A stretch of DNA of 61,856 nt, the filler included, from Pirum gemmata (lineage: Eukaryota), in the NCBI GenBank assembly GCA_002812295.1. It is 19 parts of 19 records of this genome, joined end to end, with 100 filler letters (N's around TTAATTAATTAA, not from the genome) between each part and the next. Parts side by side here need not be neighbours in the genome. Positions count along the whole stretch, not along the records: positions 24,848 to 28,587 come from PDIN01004450.1; positions 28,688 to 31,502 come from PDIN01004451.1; positions 31,603 to 34,145 come from PDIN01004452.1; positions 34,246 to 37,050 come from PDIN01004453.1; 15 more parts are not named here. One strand, given 5' to 3'. The position numbers and the translations under genes are program-made. The notes under the pieces are model-generated. The model did no database searches and was not told the DNA's origin. It saw nothing but the letters and a program-made list of their open reading frames with translations. This document shows, piece by piece, positions 26,063 through 36,785 of this stretch; the first letter of the stretch is position 1, and each line of letters begins with the position of its first letter.

Positions 26063-28188
26063 GACTGGATACTGGGATCATAATGTTGAACAATTTGCTT
26101 TTTTACATTTTTGGTCTTTAGCTGTAGAAGAGCAATTTTACATGATCGTACCCCTTCTTCTTTTTTCTATATGCAAATTTTGTAAAAACAGTACTGAGAG
26201 AATGTCCTTCTTGTTATTTACAGCAACTACATTTCTAATATCTGTCAGTAGTTCTTTCATTTTATCAAGCTCTATTACAAAGTCTAAACCCAATTTTGCG
26301 TATTATTTATTACCTACACGTTGGTGGGAAATGGGTCTAGGCAGTATACTGGCCGTAATATTGAATTCTGCTTCTTTAGAGAAATGGAAGAGTATTTCAA
26401 TTGTAGCTAATTCAACGCAAACTTCAGTCACAATATTGTTGGAGTGCTGTTCTTGGTTAGGTATAGCTGGAATTGTCGCGAGTTATTTAGTATTTGATAA
26501 AACAACTATTTATCCAGGTATCATATATGTGAAAATTGTTAAAAATAATAAAATAACATTATATAATAATAATAATAATAAGTAAATAATAGTCATAATC
26601 AAAATAATAATAATTATAGTCATGATAATAATATATCACATAAGAAAACCTAAATATTTCACTTATTTTTTTTTTAAAAAAAGCCCTATTCAATTTTTTT
26701 TATTTTAAAAAGCTTTTAAAATTGTTTTCGTGTGAAAATAAAAAACTATATAATCCTAATTACTATCTTTATTTAAAATTATATCACAAATAAGGATACA
26801 ATGCTTTATTACCTTGTTTGTCAACCGCTATATTCATTGCCGCAAATCTTCCTAGAAAAGACAAATTGAAAAACGAGCAGATCAAATTGTTAGCCGGATC
26901 TTTGCTCTCCTCGCGTATTTTTGTTTATGTTGGCTCCATTTCTTATTCATTATATCTATGGCATTGGCCATTATGGGTTTATGCCAACTATTATGTAGAA
27001 TGTGATATTTTACATAAGGTAGGTCTTATCTTACTCACTTTTTTCATCGCCGGAATAAGTACAGAAACTGCAGAAAAGACTTTTCGGGATAAGAATAGAA
27101 CTTCAAAAAGGATGGTCTGGGGTAGCTTTTTGTTTTGTTGGTTCGTTTTGCTCAGTATCGCAGTTGCAGTCGGTTATTTTAATATTGGTGGCATATCGGA
27201 TTTTCATGATCAATCCGAAACTGAAATGCAGTTACGAAAAAATTTCACCAACATTGATTTAAATATTATCCATGGTTCTTTATCAAATAATCAAACACAA
27301 ACAAACCCGCACAACAAACAAGAAGAGCAAAATTCGGCAGCAACAATGACAACAGGAGCGCAAATATTTTACCACTCGTTCATTAACAAATACCCTAGTG
27401 TGACTGGCTTGAGCATAAAAAAAATTTCCAAAAGTTTGGGATGGCCTAATAAAAGGGACTATTACTACGGGTCTGTAGAAAAGTGGCGTGATGCTCAAGG
27501 TTCTTATAAAACTCCAGTTTGTGTGGTAGTTTGGGGATCGAGCCACGCTGCGGTGTATGGAAATCTTTTCAACAAGCTAGCAAAAGAACGCAATGTTTCC
27601 TTAAGTCATTTATCCTATCCGAGTTTATTGGGTATACAATTTACTAACCCTATACCAGAAGTAAATCTACACAGACTAAATGCTTTAAAGAAACTAAATC
27701 CAAAAGTCCTTTTTGTTAGTGATCTTTGGTATCTTTGGAGAGACGATACAAAAGAAAAAACCAAGCGCGTTTTCGAGACTTTTAGGCAATATGTTCCAAA
27801 CAAAACGAAAATTGTTTTGTACGGGGATGTACCATCTACTTTTGGGGGTAACGCCGAACACATAATGATTCTAATAAAGCAGCAACGGGTAAAAACAGGG
27901 AATTACACTTTTTTATTTGAAACCAAAGAAAAAGATAAAGAAGAAAGGATTCGCACTGAGAAAGACATTGCCGAAACCATTGAAACATATTTTAAAAATG
28001 ATAATATCTTTTTTTTTCCAGATGTGGCTGATATGTTTACAGATCCCCAGACTGGTTTCGTACAAATATTAGGTTCGGAAGTTGACGGGAAAAGTTTATA
28101 TATGGATGGTTCCCATTTGAATAGGGATGGCACAAACAGACTGAAAAAGTACTTTATACGAGACATATTTGAAAATTTAGTATGTTAA
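26063..28188 (+). CDS. OafA/YrhL-type acyltransferase-3 + SGNH O-acyltransferase, 5' partial (exons 26063-26517, 26795-28188)
   Basis: Motifs GYW...LHFWSLAVEEQFY, PTRWWE, YPG|YNALLPC, VGSISYSLYLWHWP, then SGNH-like WGSSHA and DGSHL. The phase-1 intron joins correctly. Confidence 0.9.
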
Positions 28189-28891
28189 TTAAAATTAACT
28201 TTTTTTAAAAAAAACCCATCCTGTGTAAGAAGCAGACAAAAATAATAAAAAATTAAGGAAGGAAGGAAAAAAATTCAAAATGCTTCAATTCGTTTGAAAT
28301 TTCCATAGCGGAAATTAGGAGACTATGAAATTATAAAGACGTTCTCGAAAATAAATACATGAATGTTGATGCTATGAATAATTACCCTCTAAATATCATG
28401 ATTAATTTATTATTATTATTATTTATTTTTATTATTTATTATTATTATTATTTAGTATTACTTAATATTATTAATTAACCCTAACCCTAACCCTAACTGT
28501 TAATTGTCAATTTATTTTATCAATATTGTTTTTTGTTTTTATTGTTAATTGTTAATTGTTAATAGTTAATTGTTAATTGTTAATTGTNNNNNNNNNNNNN
28601 NNNNNNNNNNNNNNNNNNNNNNNNNNNNNNNTTAATTAATTAANNNNNNNNNNNNNNNNNNNNNNNNNNNNNNNNNNNNNNNNNNNNGTTAATTAATATT
28701 TTTATATAATCAACTATTATTTTATTTACGAAAGTAGTTTTTGTTATGTATCGATAGTTTCTGTTTTTTTAATAAAAAGGGGTTTGAGTATGTTGGCGCG
28801 TATTTTTTTTCAACATGTTAGGGATAACAAACCCAAACCCTAATTTATATTTTTTGGATTTTTAATTATAATTCTCTCTAGTTCTGGAGTT

Positions 28892-29910
28892 TTACCAGCC
28901 ACCAGTATATACACATACAAAGCAGAAAAATACAAGCCCTTCGAAATAAGACCAAGGGGCTTTTCTAAAACAATTAATTAAACGTATAGAATCATTAGCC
29001 TTTTGAGATTTGTTCAATATTAAACGACTCATTACCTTTTTACCTTTATCGGTTAATTTTTTTAACCATTCTCTTAAAACATCTTCGCTTTCTTTGCAGT
29101 GTTCCGATAAACAATTAAAATCACATCCTTGTAAAATAAATAAGTCATTTAAAGAGAAAGATGATTGCTTATAATATAAATTCAAAATAGTTTGAATGTT
29201 GTCTTGTTCACCCTTTTTTTATTTTAGCAGCCATTTCTTCGCCAAATACTATAACGACACAAACATAAATTTGTAAGTGTTTTGTTGTCTTCAAAAGCTT
29301 TCGCCAATTTTTCAGCCCCTTCCTTTTTAATTCGATTATAATCCAGATTTAAATTCTCAATTATATTTAAAAATTTGAAGCTAAATTTTAATTTGTAAGT
29401 ATTTTGTTTTCTTTTAAGGCATTTGCTATTTTTTCAGCCCCTTCATCCGCAATTGCATTTGAACCTAAATTTAAACTTGTAAGTGTTTTGTTTTTTTTAA
29501 AGCATTAGTTAACAATTTCATTAGAGCTTAAATTGAAATTTGTAAGTGTTTTGTTTTCTTCTAAAGCATTAGCGAATTACTAATAATATCATTACCCCCC
29601 AGACTTAAATTTGTAAGTGTTTTGTTACTTTTTAAAACGTTAGCAAATTTAGCAGTACCTTCGTCACCAAGCTCATTAGAAGCCAAGTTTAAATTTGAAA
29701 GGGTTTTGTGATCTATTAAAGCTTCAGCTAATATAGCAACCCCTTTGGCACTAATTGAATTTAATTCTAACCTTAAATTTGTAAGTGTGGTGTTTATTTT
29801 CAAAGCTTTAGCTAATTTAGTAATTTCTAAATCATCATCATCTTGAGCAAATAGGTTTTGGGCAAACAGATTTAAATTTGTTTCTTTGTTTTTTTCCAAT
29901 CGACCCCATC
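28892..29910 (-). pseudogene. RNI/NLRC3-type leucine-rich repeat gene, disrupted
   Basis: 28-aa repeats (LAKALKINTTLTNLRLELNSISAKG). Further repeat DNA at 29200-29560 contains stops and frameshifts. Confidence 0.7.
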
Positions 29911-30374
29911 TTTATTTTTAGGTCAAAGAGTACAAAAGTAACAGCAATAACAATAATATTTCAATATATCAATAAATAATGCTAATAATAATAATAAATA
30001 ATAAAAAATAATAAATAATAATAAATAAAAATAATAATATATAAAATAATAACAATAACGTTAAAACAATAACAATAAAAATAATTAATTTACCAAACTA
30101 TTTATTAATATACGTGTTTACAATAATAATTTATAACCCTAACAGTCCCTAACACTAACTCTATATATATGCATTTGCTCAATAATATTTTTTATATAAT
30201 ATTATTTATCAGTTATTAGTTGTATTTACACTTGTTTTGGGGTAAATAATAATGATAATAATAATAAATAAATAAGATAAGATAAGATACGATAAATAAT
30301 AATAAATAAATAAGATAAGATACGATAAATAAATAACAAGGGGGACGAAAAGGGGCGTGAAAATATCTTAAGAC

Positions 30375-31394
30375 TTAAGCCATAAAAACCATAGATTCAT
30401 TAATAATTTGTTCTGTTAATCGAAAGGCTGGTGTGTCGTCTTTGCCTTTCTTAGTGTTAATTTGAATGCTTGTTCGTCGGCTACCACTTATAACACTACT
30501 CTTATTAGTACGACGCGTATCAGTTTCCTTTGAAGTCAGATAGTTATTTTTGGTCCCATACTCGCACTCAGATTCCATTAACACACAATATATAACAGCT
30601 ACTACAATCAACATTTCATTTAGTTTCCAAATACTCGTAGGGATATAACGCATTGTTAGTATCCAACTTAAAGTCCATGCTGAATACCAAAACAAAACTA
30701 CCGTTAAAAAGCATAATTTTTTCACAATAATTATAACTTTTTTGTTTTTATAAATACGATAAATCAAAGTCAATATTGCATTAAAAAGCATAAAAACAAA
30801 TCCAATCCCTGCTTCTGCTACAAATAACAAATTATAAAAATGCAAATAATCTTTCCTTTTCACATCCATTATAGTTAACACTAAATAAATAATTGGACTA
30901 AAAAAAAAGTACGTAAAACAAAACCAACAGAACACATTTTTGATTAGTACCAAGGATTTTGGAATCTCACCTTTTACGTGCACTCTACTCGCAATTTTGA
31001 CAACTGTATAAAAATATTGACATACGAACAGATTATAAATTGTAGTTACACATGAGACCCCAGTAGCAAATACTACACTAATCCAAGAGGTATAGGCTGT
31101 ATTAGAAATTACACAAGTAGCATTAAGAACATCACCTAATGCAATAGAGCAATACCCAATAAAAGCTGGTATAGTAAATAATATGAGAATGCTTTTAATC
31201 TTCAAAAAAATGTTTTCATCTTTTCGTATTACTTTACGACACGCGGAAGTGTATGTATGTCGATAATAAAATAAGGAAACAACAATCATAGTAAGAATAC
31301 ATCCTTGCAATAACGAATAAACATAAATGTCTATCACTGTTCCAATAGGGTGACCATCAAAACTTAAAGCTGTTATATTACATTTCCCTGACAT
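30375..31394 (-). CDS. Intronless 7-transmembrane (GPCR-like) protein, 339 aa
   Basis: Seven hydrophobic segments, N-terminal sequon NIT, Ser/Thr-rich C-tail; no family motif recognised. Confidence 0.7.
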   Translation of the reverse strand: MSGKCNITALSFDGHPIGTVIDIYVYSLLQGCILTMIVVSLFYYRHTYTSACRKVIRKDENIFLKIKSILILFTIPAFIGYCSIALGDVLNATCVISNTAYTSWISVVFATGVSCVTTIYNLFVCQYFYTVVKIASRVHVKGEIPKSLVLIKNVFCWFCFTYFFFSPIIYLVLTIMDVKRKDYLHFYNLLFVAEAGIGFVFMLFNAILTLIYRIYKNKKVIIIVKKLCFLTVVLFWYSAWTLSWILTMRYIPTSIWKLNEMLIVVAVIYCVLMESECEYGTKNNYLTSKETDTRRTNKSSVISGSRRTSIQINTKKGKDDTPAFRLTEQIINESMVFMA

Positions 31395-31469
31395 TTTTAT
31401 TTTAACTTTTTTTTGCTATTGTAATTTACAAAGTATTTATAAATAAATAAGAAAAAAAAAAATTGAAAA

Positions 31470-31502
<33 letters not shown>

Positions 31503-31806
31503 NNNNNNNNNNNNNNNNNNNNNNNNNNNNNNNNNNNNNNNNNNNNTTAATTAATTAANNNNNNNNNNNNNNNNNNNNNNNNNNNNNNNNNNNNNNNNNN
31601 NNTAATAATAATAATAATAATAAAAATAAAAATAAAAATAAAAATAAAAAAATAAAAATAAAAATACTAATAATAAAAAAAATAATAATAATAATAAATA
31701 ACCATAATGAATAATAATACTTATAAACAATAAACAACAATAGTATTAAAATCGAAAAACATCCAAGCAAGCATACTACAAACAAAAAGCAAATAAAGAT
31801 AAAAAC

Positions 31807-34106
31807 CTCGTTCTTTTCCCCAACTGTCTTCTTCTTCTTCTTCTTCTTCTTCTTCTTCTTCTTCTTTTTCTTCATCATCATCATCACCACCATCGTCATC
31901 ACCATTATTATAATCATCACTGCTATTACTTGCATGCACTTCATTATTACGAGAACTATTATTTTTTTTCTCTTCATTCTTAAGGTTATTGGTGGTATTC
32001 CCATCGTTATTGGCATTATGAACATTACTATAATTACTGTCACAGAAACTATTATTATTACTGGTTTCTAATTCAATACTACTGACTACTGAAGGGGTTG
32101 CCAAATTATCGAGAACAGTTTCGTCGAAATCCAAGTTTGGTTCTTTCTTAATAACAGTATGGTCTTCGTTGTTAGTATTATTCTTCAGCTCTTTTTCTGA
32201 TAAATCATTACCATTATTATTACTATCATTAGCATTATCATTAGTATTAGTATTATCATTATCATTACCATTATCATTATCATCACCATTCCCATTATCA
32301 TTACCATTACCATTACCATTACCATTACCATTATCGTTCTTATTATCCTGGTTACGATCATCCTTACTATTACCTTTATCTTTATCATTTTCTTCTTTCG
32401 AACTTTGGGGTTTTAAGACTGTTGCAATAGACTGTTTCGAAGGGGATTTTACGGGACAAGAATATTTTTCGGGGTCTACAATAATAAAAATAAAATTATT
32501 TTTAGAGTTTTTTATAAAAAAGTGGTTGTTCATATTGTTATTTTATTGTTATTGTTAATGTTGGTGCAGTTGTTGCTATTGTTATTGTTATTGTTATTGT
32601 TATTGTTATTGTTATTGTTATTGTTATTGTTATTGTTATTGTTATTGTTATTGTTATTGTTATTGTTATTGTTATTGTTATTGTTATTGCTATTGTTATT
32701 GTTATTGTTATTGTTATTGTTATTGTTATTGTTATTGTTATTGGTATTGGTATTGGTATTGGTATTGTTATTAATAGTTTTTTTGTTGAATTATTGTTAG
32801 TTACATTTCATATTCATGTTATAAGAACCTGTGAACGGCAAACTTTTAATCGTATCCATATTCAAATAGGCTTTTTGTCCTTTCTTCCGTAGCCCAGTAG
32901 CACGAACCACAGCAACTTCTTCGTCATCAAAAATTACAGTATATTTACTTTTGTCTACAATTTTATTAATAACCCCATTTATCATTTTACCTACAACACA
33001 TAAAAAAAGTATAATAAAATCAAAAGTAACAAATAGATAAATAATGAAAATAATAATAAAGAAATAATAAATAGTAAGAAAATAAATTATTGAAATAAAG
33101 AAAAGTGAAAAAATACAATACCATTTTGCAGATGTTCAACTTCCACCATTTGCCCGATATAAGGGACATCGTTCTCAATATTTTTATCTTTACTGATATC
33201 AGACCATACATATTTTGTTATACGCTTATCAGTATGGGGTGTGGAAGGTACACTATTATTATTATCATTGTCAAAATGAATATTATTAATCGTTAAGTCA
33301 ATAGTGTTGTTATCAGTATCGTTATTCTCTTTGTTCTCGTGTTTCAGTTCTTCTCCTTGCTTTTGCGTTTGGGCCACATAGACGTGTAAACAAGGTTCTA
33401 TTGATTTTAACACAGCTTCGCAAAACGCACCTTCAACAGGTTCGAGTAGGGTCAGGGTGGGTAAGGGTTAGGGTTAAAATTAGGGTTAGGGTTAAAATTA
33501 GGGTTAGGGTTAAAAATAGGGTTAGGGTTAAAATTAGGGTTAGGGTTAAAATTAGGGTTAGGGTTAAAATTAGGGTTAGGGTTAGAATTAGGGTTAGAGT
33601 TAAAATTGGGGTTAGAGTTAAAATTGGGTTATAGTTAAAATTAGGGTTAGGGTTAAAATAAGGGTTAGGGTTAAAATAAGGGTTAGGGTTAAAATAAGGG
33701 TTGTTAAAATAAGGGTTAGGGTTAAAATAAGGGTTAGGGTTAAAATAAGGGTTAGGGTTAAAATAAGGGTTAGGGTTAAAATAAGGGTTAGGGTTAAAAT
33801 AAGGGTAGGGTTAAAATAAGGGTTAGGGTTAAAATAAGGGTTAGGGTTAAAATAAGGGTTAGGGTTAAAATTAGGGTTAGGGTTGAAATTGGGGATAGGC
33901 TAAAAATTAGGGTTAGGGTTAAGTTCAGGGTCAGGGTATGTGCAAAATATAGCATGCATATAACAATTTTAATTACCCCTGTATTTTGCACTTATTTCAG
34001 ATCCGATTGGAATAAAAGCAAACTTTGCATTTCCTTCGTGCTCGTAATTTAAACTTTTACCAATAACAGTAGAAGGTGAAACATCACTAACTAAATATTC
34101 AGACAT
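31807..34106 (-). CDS. ARID4A/B (RBBP1)-like protein, 5' exons (34106-33977, 33430-33122, 32990-32829, 32475-31807)
   Basis: Spliced IGSEISAKYR|GAFCEA...KIVDKSKYTVIFDD...LRKKG...SLPFT|DPEKYSCPV matches the ARID4 N-terminal double Tudor (VSAKYRGAFCEA...YTVVFDDG...LPLTNPEHF). All junctions are GT-AG and in phase. Confidence 0.85.
33445..33935. repeat. Intronic telomere-derived array (GGGTTA-GGGTTAAAAT(T/A)A 18-mer units)
   Basis: Fills ~490 of 546 bp of ARID4-like intron 33431-33976. Confidence 0.9.
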
Positions 34107-34667
34107 GATTGTGGGTAAACTATTATTATTATTATTATTATTATTNNNNNNNNNNNNNNNNNNNNNNNNNNNNNNNNNNNNNNNNNNNNTTAATTAATTA
34201 ANNNNNNNNNNNNNNNNNNNNNNNNNNNNNNNNNNNNNNNNNNNNAAAAAAAAATCAAAAAAAAAAAAAAAAAAAAAAGTAAAAGAAAAAATTTAAAAAT
34301 TGTGAGAAAAAAAAATCGTTACTAATGGACAAAACCCAACAAACCAACAAACCCAACAAACCAACAAACCAACAAACTAAATAACAAAATTGTTATTATC
34401 AAAATACGATAATATCAATAAATAGTATAATAATATAATAACTAGAATGCAATTTAGTCAAAAGAAAAGAAAAAAAGAAATAATACTCTCTAAGAAGAAC
34501 ATATATATATACAATAATGATAAAAATAAATAAATAAATAAATAAATAAACAAAAAAACGAATAAGTGAATGAATATTATTAATAATATAAACACTTATG
34601 TACATATATAATAAAACAACAACAACAATAACAATAATAATAATAATACAACAACAGCAATAACAAC

Positions 34668-34704
<37 letters not shown>

Positions 34705-34707
<3 letters not shown>

Positions 34708-36240
34708 CATAACATTATCAACAAACGGAGAGTTTCAGTTGTGAGTGGAGGTGGCAGTGCATTAAGTTTTGGGTCCCAAAGTTCCAAAACTAATTTGTAC
34801 AGTAGTAATTATAAAAGTAGTTATAGTTATACTAGTAAAAGTCCAAATGTAAATAACAGACGTGGTCATAGCGCAATGTGCAGCAAAAGTGGTATTCTTA
34901 TTAGTAACATCAATACCACTAATACTAACTGTATTAATAACACTTACAGTAAGAGTGATCCAAATGATAATAATAATAATAATAGAAATATTTTCAATAT
35001 TAGTAATAGTGATAGTTATATTAGCAATAGTAATGCAAAAAATAATGATAATTTTAATATTTCTAGTAATAATAAAAATAGAAACAGCAAAAGAAATAGA
35101 AATAGTGATAGTAATAGCAATCGCAACAATAATAGTAATAATAGTTGTAATGAAAGTGATATTTATAATATTATTATGGATAGCATTAATAATGCAAAAC
35201 ATAATAATAATAATAGTACTAATAGTAAAAGTGATAATGATAATGATAATACTCATAATAATAGTAATAATATTAATGGCAATACTCATAATACTCATAT
35301 TACTCATAATACTCACAATACTCGCAATGATGATTTCAGTAATAATGTCGAAAACCAAAGAGCATACGTAGAAAATGAATATTTAGAGTTATACGAAAAA
35401 GAAAAAAACGAAAGCAACAATATAATAGAGACCGATTACCAAATTGAAATTGCTGGTACATGTAATAACAATACTGAAAATGATAATAATAATAAAAATA
35501 TAATTATTAACGATGACAGTAATAACAATAATAATAGTAATAACTGTACCGATAATTTTTACTTGCATAATTATACTAATCAAGTAAACACAATGCGTAA
35601 CACAGAAAAAGACGACAAAGAATTTGCGTACACAAATCATAAATTTACAAGCATAATACAAACAAACAATACCCAATTACAAGAGATACAATCAACAACT
35701 CACAATTCTCATAATTATAACGCCACTGAACCCAACAGACCTGACATGCGCCAAACAAAGCAACCTACAAAGAAAGGGTATCATTCCCACGACGGTTCGG
35801 TTTTAAAACAAAATATAATACAAGAACAAACGAGAGAACAATTTGGGGGGCAAAGACGACGGGGGTCTAGACCACTTCCCGAAGTTCCCTACCCTTCTAT
35901 TTTATATTCTAGGTCTGGTTCACTTCACCCACACCCACACACGCACACACAGCTAAAACACTCGGCCTCGACGGTGACAACAATACGACCATTACCATCG
36001 ATACCCGTCGGATTGGTTAATAGTGTATCGGCGGAGGAATTAAGTAGATTTTCGCCAGCAATTCATTGCAAAACTCATGACATCCAAATCAAAAATATTA
36101 ATTGTCACACTAGTAAGAATGTTGGTTTGTTGTCCAAGAGCGAAAATTTTTACATTGAAACAAAAAAACAACAGAAATCTAAAAAAAAACCTTTTCATAT
36201 ACTTTTGTCAGTTTTTCAGAAAAGGAAAAAATCATGTTGA
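34705..36240 (+). CDS. Asn-rich hypothetical protein with proline motifs (RPLPEVP, RPLPSIP)
   Basis: 511-aa open frame; no domain recognised. Confidence 0.55.
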
Positions 36241-36508
36241 ACGTTATTATATATATTTAATTATTATTATAATATATCGTGTTTTTTTCAATAGTTTTGT
36301 GTTTAGTAAATAAACTATTATTATATATAGTAAAACGATTAGGTATGTTTTAATTAATTTGGTAGTTTTGTTTTAAGTAAATAAATTATTATTATAGTAA
36401 AACTATTAGGTATATAATATGTTTTGAATAATTTGGTATTATATATGTTAATGTTAATCGTGTTTTTCAATAGTTTTATCATCCATTTCAAAACTGAAAT
36501 AAATAAAC

Positions 36509-36785
36509 CATGGGGACTAAAGTATAAGGTTAGCACGGATGACGTCACAATAACATAAGTAAATCCCCTTTCATATATTCTCATATATAATATTACCATT
36601 TTTGGATTATGAGAGTAATCAAGAAACGTTATAACTACTCTTTAGTCTTCGAATGATTGGTAATTTAATTTTAAAAGAGGGAAATTCTCTTTTCCTCAAC
36701 CTTGAATCGATGTTGGCAAAAAATAAAAAGATAAAAAATATTATTTTGACGTCATCCGTGCTAGCCCTATACTTCAGTCCTTATG
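36509..36785. mobile_element. Non-autonomous P-superfamily-like element, ~39-bp TIR, CAT...ATG termini, 7-bp TSD AATAAAC
   Basis: CATGGGGACTAAAGTATAAGGTTAGCACGGATGACGTCA / TGACGTCATCCGTGCTAGCCCTATACTTCAGTCCTTATG. AATAAAC at 36502-36508 and 36786-36792. A partial reversed copy lies at ~47690-47835. Confidence 0.85.
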
